Shown one piece after another: positions 60,042-64,000 of a stretch of 64,000 nt of DNA (positions are counted from its first letter, which is position 1; the number at the start of each line of letters is the position of its first letter). The stretch lies in assembly GCA_947478845.1 (NCBI GenBank), contig CANJXC010000006.1:491-64490 (forward strand), in the 5' to 3' direction. This DNA comes from Spirochaetales bacterium (GTDB lineage Bacteria > Spirochaetota > Spirochaetia > JABEVK01). Position numbers and translations under genes: made by a program. Under the pieces are notes generated by a model. It saw only the letters and a program-made list of their open reading frames with translations. It did no database searches and was not told where the DNA came from.

Positions 60042-63000
60042 CCCCTTCTTCGACCAACCGATTCTGAACTCTCCTTACGAGAAACCGGGCCGCCACTGGG
60101 AACTCGATGCGGAAGGGCAACCAACCCAGCAAATCATCCTTCGGCGACGCGAAGCGAAGTTCGTGACGCCGATTCCCAAGGCCAAGACCAGCGGAACTGG
60201 TGGCCGCAAAGGTTCCAAGAAAAAAGGGCAGGACACCTCAAAGTTGCTCGACCTCGTCTACGACGAGCAGGCTGCCGCCGTTTCAACGGACGAGCTGAAC
60301 TATGACCTGACGCAGACGATCAGTTCACTCCGTCACCAGGTAGACGAATGGCGCGCCCTGACAAACCCGAGTGACTGGAGGGTGACACCTGAAACGGCGC
60401 GCCTGCTCCAACATTGGCGCAGCCACCCCTTTACCAGCGTTCGCCCGTTCTTCTGCCAGCTGGAGGCCGTCGAGACCCTCATTTGGTTGACTGAAGTTGC
60501 TCCCAAGGCCGGCAAGAAGGGGGAGGACTTCCTGTCGAGCCTCAACGCCGCCAACGAGCAGGCCAACCCAGGCCTCGACCGTGTGGCCCTGAAACTGGCA
60601 ACCGGTGCCGGCAAAACTACGGTCATGGCCCTCGTCATCGCGTGGCAGACCATCAACGCCGTCCGTTACAAGAACAGCCGCTTCACGAAAGCCTTCCTGA
60701 TCGTCACCCCAGGGATCACGATCCGTGACCGGCTTCGGGTATTGCAACCCAATGACCCCGATAGTTACTACAAGAGCCGTGAGCTGGTTCCCGAGGAGTT
60801 GCTTCCCGAGCTCCAGAAGGCTCGCATCGTCATCACGAACTACCATGCCTTCAAACTCCGCGAGAAACTCGAACTCTCCAAGGGCACCCGATCGCTCCTT
60901 CAGGGCAACGGCGAGGATCTCAAGACGCTCGAGTCCGAAGGGCAGATGTTGCAGCGGGTGATGCCCGAGCTCCTAAACCTCAAGAATGTGCTGGTGCTGA
61001 ACGACGAGGCCCACCATTGCTACCAGGCTCGTCCAGAAACGAACGAGGAGAAGGAACTTCGCGGCGAGGAAAAGGCGGAGGCCGAGGAAAACAAGAAGGC
61101 GGCCAGCCTCTGGATCAACGGCCTGCGCGCGGTCGGAAATCAGCTCGGTTTGAACAAGGTCCTCGACCTCTCGGCAACCCCGTTCTTCCTCCGTGGCTCG
61201 GGCTACCAGGAAGGGACGCTCTTCCCGTGGACGATGTCCGACTTCTCGCTGATGGATGCGATCGAGTGCGGCATCGTTAAGCTTCCCCGCGTCCCCATTT
61301 CCGACAACATCTCCGGCGAGGAACTACCCATGTTCCGCAACCTTTGGGCCCACATCCGCGACAAGATGCCCAAGAAGGGACGTGGCAAGGGCGACGATGG
61401 CTTTCTGGATCCACATTCTCTACCCCCCCCGCTGTTGACGGCCCTTGAGGCGCTTTACGGCCACTACAAGGCCACCTACGAAGCCTGGGAGTCCGAAGGG
61501 ATGGGCGTGCCCCCATGCCTCATTGTAGTTTGTAATAACGTCACTGCCTCCAAACTCGTTTACGACTACATCTCGGGCTTCAATAGGCCCCACTCGGACG
61601 GGAGCACAAGTTTTGAGCACGGGAGACTCGAGCTTTTTCAGAACTTCGACAAAAACGGCACCCCCCATGCAAGACCTCGCACCCTGCTGATTGACAGCCG
61701 TGAACTCGACTCAGGCGAACCACTTAGTGACGCTTTCCATAAGGCGGCTGCAAGCGAACTTGAACGCTTTAGGCGCGAATACATTGAACGGACAAACGAT
61801 GTTGTTGGAGCCGCAAACCTAAAGGACGAAGACATACTCCGGGAAGTCATGAACACAGTCGGGAAGAGGGGACGTCTTGGCGCCTCGATTCGTTGCGTTG
61901 TCTCAGTTTCCATGCTGACCGAAGGTTGGGACACCAACACGGTGACGCACGTGCTCGGCGTGCGAGCGTTCGGCACCCAGCTGTTGTGCGAGCAGGTCGT
62001 CGGCCGAGCGCTCCGGCGCCAATCCTACGAGCTGAACGAAGAAAAGCTCTTCAACGTCGAGTATGCAGACGTGCTCGGCATTCCCTTCGACTTCACGGCA
62101 ACCCCAGTGTTGCCCAAGCCGATCAAGCCGCGTGAAACCGTGCAGGTGTTCGCAATCCGGCCCGACCGCGATGCGCTCGAGCTCACGTTCCCCCGGGTGA
62201 AAGGCTACCGCATCAAGCTCGAAGACCAGACACTTACCGCGCAATTCACCGAAGACTCGAAGCTTGTGCTGAGCGAAGAGCTCATCGGATCGACCCTGAC
62301 AGTAACATCAGGCATCATCGGCAAAACCGCCGAACTCAATCTCGAACACACAGGCGACCTTCGTCGATCAACCCTTGTGTACGAACTCACGTCGTACCTT
62401 TTGCTGAACTTCTGGAAGGATGAAGACGGCAATCCGCGCCTGACGCTCTTCAACAAATTGCGACCCCACGTGATGAAGTGGCTCGACCACTACTTGGTAT
62501 GCGAACCCGGAACCTACCCGGCCCAGCTGCGCTACAAATACCTTGCGAACTTGGCCGCAGAACGGATTCAAAACGCAATCACGCGGTCGGAGCAGCAGAA
62601 CAACCGTCCCGTGCTCGCCGTGCTCGACCCGTACAACCCGCAGGGGTCCACCAAACACGTTAACTTCTACACGTCGAATCCTCTGAAGTGGGAGACAAGG
62701 GCCGACAGGTGCCACGTCAACTGGGCCATTCTCGACAGCACTTGGGAAAAGGAGTTCTGTCGGGTGGTCGAGAACCACCCTCGGGTGCTAGCCTACGTGA
62801 AGAATCAGGACCTCGGTTTCGAGGTGCCGTACCTGATGGGGGCCGAGAAGCGGACCTACCTACCGGACTTTCTGGTGCACCTGGACGACGGTCACCGGCC
62901 TGAAGACCCGCTCAACTTGATCGTCGAGATCAAGGGCTACCGGGGCGAAGACGCCAAGACCAAGCGCGAGACCATGGACGTCTACTGGGTCCCCGGGGTG

Positions 63001-63153
63001 AATAACCTGGGCACCCACGGCCGCTGGGCGTTCGTGGAGCTCACCAACTTGTATCAGATGGAGGCCGACTTCGAGGCCTCGCTCACCCCGACCGTAAACC
63101 AGGCCTTTGAGGCCTTCGCTCAACCTGCCAACGCTGGAGCTAAGCATGCCTAA
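60034..63153 (+). CDS. res: Type III-like restriction subunit (SF2 helicase plus PD-(D/E)xK nuclease, BPTD_3080-type)
   Basis: RPFFCQLEA, KLATGAGKT, NDEAHH, LSATP, SMLTEGWD, QVVGRALRR, and the C-terminal YLPDF...IVEIKG. Confidence 0.88.
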   Translation: MANPFFDQPILNSPYEKPGRHWELDAEGQPTQQIILRRREAKFVTPIPKAKTSGTGGRKGSKKKGQDTSKLLDLVYDEQAAAVSTDELNYDLTQTISSLRHQVDEWRALTNPSDWRVTPETARLLQHWRSHPFTSVRPFFCQLEAVETLIWLTEVAPKAGKKGEDFLSSLNAANEQANPGLDRVALKLATGAGKTTVMALVIAWQTINAVRYKNSRFTKAFLIVTPGITIRDRLRVLQPNDPDSYYKSRELVPEELLPELQKARIVITNYHAFKLREKLELSKGTRSLLQGNGEDLKTLESEGQMLQRVMPELLNLKNVLVLNDEAHHCYQARPETNEEKELRGEEKAEAEENKKAASLWINGLRAVGNQLGLNKVLDLSATPFFLRGSGYQEGTLFPWTMSDFSLMDAIECGIVKLPRVPISDNISGEELPMFRNLWAHIRDKMPKKGRGKGDDGFLDPHSLPPPLLTALEALYGHYKATYEAWESEGMGVPPCLIVVCNNVTASKLVYDYISGFNRPHSDGSTSFEHGRLELFQNFDKNGTPHARPRTLLIDSRELDSGEPLSDAFHKAAASELERFRREYIERTNDVVGAANLKDEDILREVMNTVGKRGRLGASIRCVVSVSMLTEGWDTNTVTHVLGVRAFGTQLLCEQVVGRALRRQSYELNEEKLFNVEYADVLGIPFDFTATPVLPKPIKPRETVQVFAIRPDRDALELTFPRVKGYRIKLEDQTLTAQFTEDSKLVLSEELIGSTLTVTSGIIGKTAELNLEHTGDLRRSTLVYELTSYLLLNFWKDEDGNPRLTLFNKLRPHVMKWLDHYLVCEPGTYPAQLRYKYLANLAAERIQNAITRSEQQNNRPVLAVLDPYNPQGSTKHVNFYTSNPLKWETRADRCHVNWAILDSTWEKEFCRVVENHPRVLAYVKNQDLGFEVPYLMGAEKRTYLPDFLVHLDDGHRPEDPLNLIVEIKGYRGEDAKTKRETMDVYWVPGVNNLGTHGRWAFVELTNLYQMEADFEASLTPTVNQAFEAFAQPANAGAKHA

Positions 63154-64000
63154 GGATCTCGAAACCTTCCTGCACAACGACGAAACCCGCAAGAATCTCC
63201 CCACCGCCGAATACCAGGCCCTCGCTGATCCGCAGCTTAACGCGGCGATGAAGGTGGCGTTCGAGCGCCGCAACCCTGAACTCGACCCGCAGTTTGTGTG
63301 GCGCGGGAAGGACACCCAGGACTGGTCCGATCTGGTGGTCAACGCGCCTCCGCTGTACGTGCAGGAAAAGGTGCACCCCAAGGTGTTGATCGATGATCTG
63401 TTGAGGCAGACCGCAGCAAACCGTAAGCCCGACGATCAGATTGATCTCTTTGGTGACTTTGACGGAAAGGCCGTCGGCGCGGGAAAGACCGACTTCTATC
63501 AGCAGGAAGTGCCGTGGACTAACCGGATGATTCTAGGTGACAGCCTGAACGTGATGGCTAGTCTGGCGGAGCGTGATGGGCTTCGAGGAAAGGTGCAATG
63601 CATTTATCTTGATCCGCCGTATGGTATCAAGTTCAATAGCAACTTTCAGTGGAGTACGACGACAACTACCGTTAAAGATGGAGACCCAGCACACATTAGT
63701 CGCGAGCCTGAGATGGTTAAGGCATTTCGTGACACATGGCGTAATGGTATTCATAGCTACTTGACCTACCTTAGAGATAGGCTTGCAGTAGGCCGGGACC
63801 TTCTCTCCGATTCCGGATGTATCTTCGTTCAAATTGGAGACGAAAACGTTCATCGCATTCGCTCACTCTTGGATGAAGTGTTCGGCGATGAGAACTTTGT
63901 CAGCGAGATTGTAGTAGTTAAGACTTCGGGATTGGGCGCGAACACCCTTCCGAGACAAAACGATTTTATCCTCAAGTATGCGAAAGACCTGGATCGACTG
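63146..64000 (+). CDS. mod: Site-specific N6-adenine DNA methyltransferase (type III Mod-like), truncated by the window end
   Basis: Hand translation from ATG 63146: MPKDLETFLHNDETRKNLPTAE...NRMILGDSLNVM...IYLDPPYGIKFNSN...SYLTYLRDRL...IFVQIGDENVH. The frame is open to 64000. Missing from the ORF track because it has no stop. Confidence 0.92.
   Translation, partial: MPKDLETFLHNDETRKNLPTAEYQALADPQLNAAMKVAFERRNPELDPQFVWRGKDTQDWSDLVVNAPPLYVQEKVHPKVLIDDLLRQTAANRKPDDQIDLFGDFDGKAVGAGKTDFYQQEVPWTNRMILGDSLNVMASLAERDGLRGKVQCIYLDPPYGIKFNSNFQWSTTTTTVKDGDPAHISREPEMVKAFRDTWRNGIHSYLTYLRDRLAVGRDLLSDSGCIFVQIGDENVHRIRSLLDEVFGDENFVSEIVVVKTSGLGANTLPRQNDFILKYAKDLDRL

Larger units (their letters stand above)
48993..64000. 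mobile_element. Probable tRNA-Leu-anchored genomic (defence) island, continuing beyond the window
   Basis: Begins at duplicated tRNA 3' ends. Content switches abruptly from housekeeping genes to pseudogenes, helicase and R-M genes. No integrase inside the window. Confidence 0.65.

Overview
Bacterial chromosome window of about 57-60% GC. The gene content and synteny look like a free-living spirochaete (inference). Positions 1-48.9 kb are mostly core and metabolic genes: an ABC-F ATPase, argH, an aroD-aroE fusion, icd, a TPR/lytic transglycosylase operon, a GH20 hexosaminidase, recG-yggT-dnaE, a GGDEF-EAL protein, lon, glycerate kinase, ppk2, an MFS transporter, a sugar ABC cassette, recQ, a five-gene peptide/nickel-family ABC system, argF with tandem ARG boxes, a DHH phosphoesterase, a sigma-70-like protein, rdgB and pepF. 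A tRNA-Leu(GAG) at 48855-48937 marks the edge of an accessory island that runs off the right end. The island opens with a 156-bp structured element whose terminal inverted repeats are copies of the tRNA 3' end. Three decayed genes follow (DUF1810, a TIGR02452/PARG-like gene and an HD-hydrolase remnant). Next is one overlapping + strand gene train: two unknown small proteins, a DruH-like (STY4851/ECs_5259-type) protein, a DEAH/DUF1998 DruE-like helicase, an 18-codon linker ORF, a type III-like restriction subunit and an N6-adenine methyltransferase truncated by the window edge. This train is the best candidate for an undescribed composite anti-phage system. No CRISPR array, rRNA, integrase or transposase was seen. 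All family calls come from motif recognition by eye, not from database searches.
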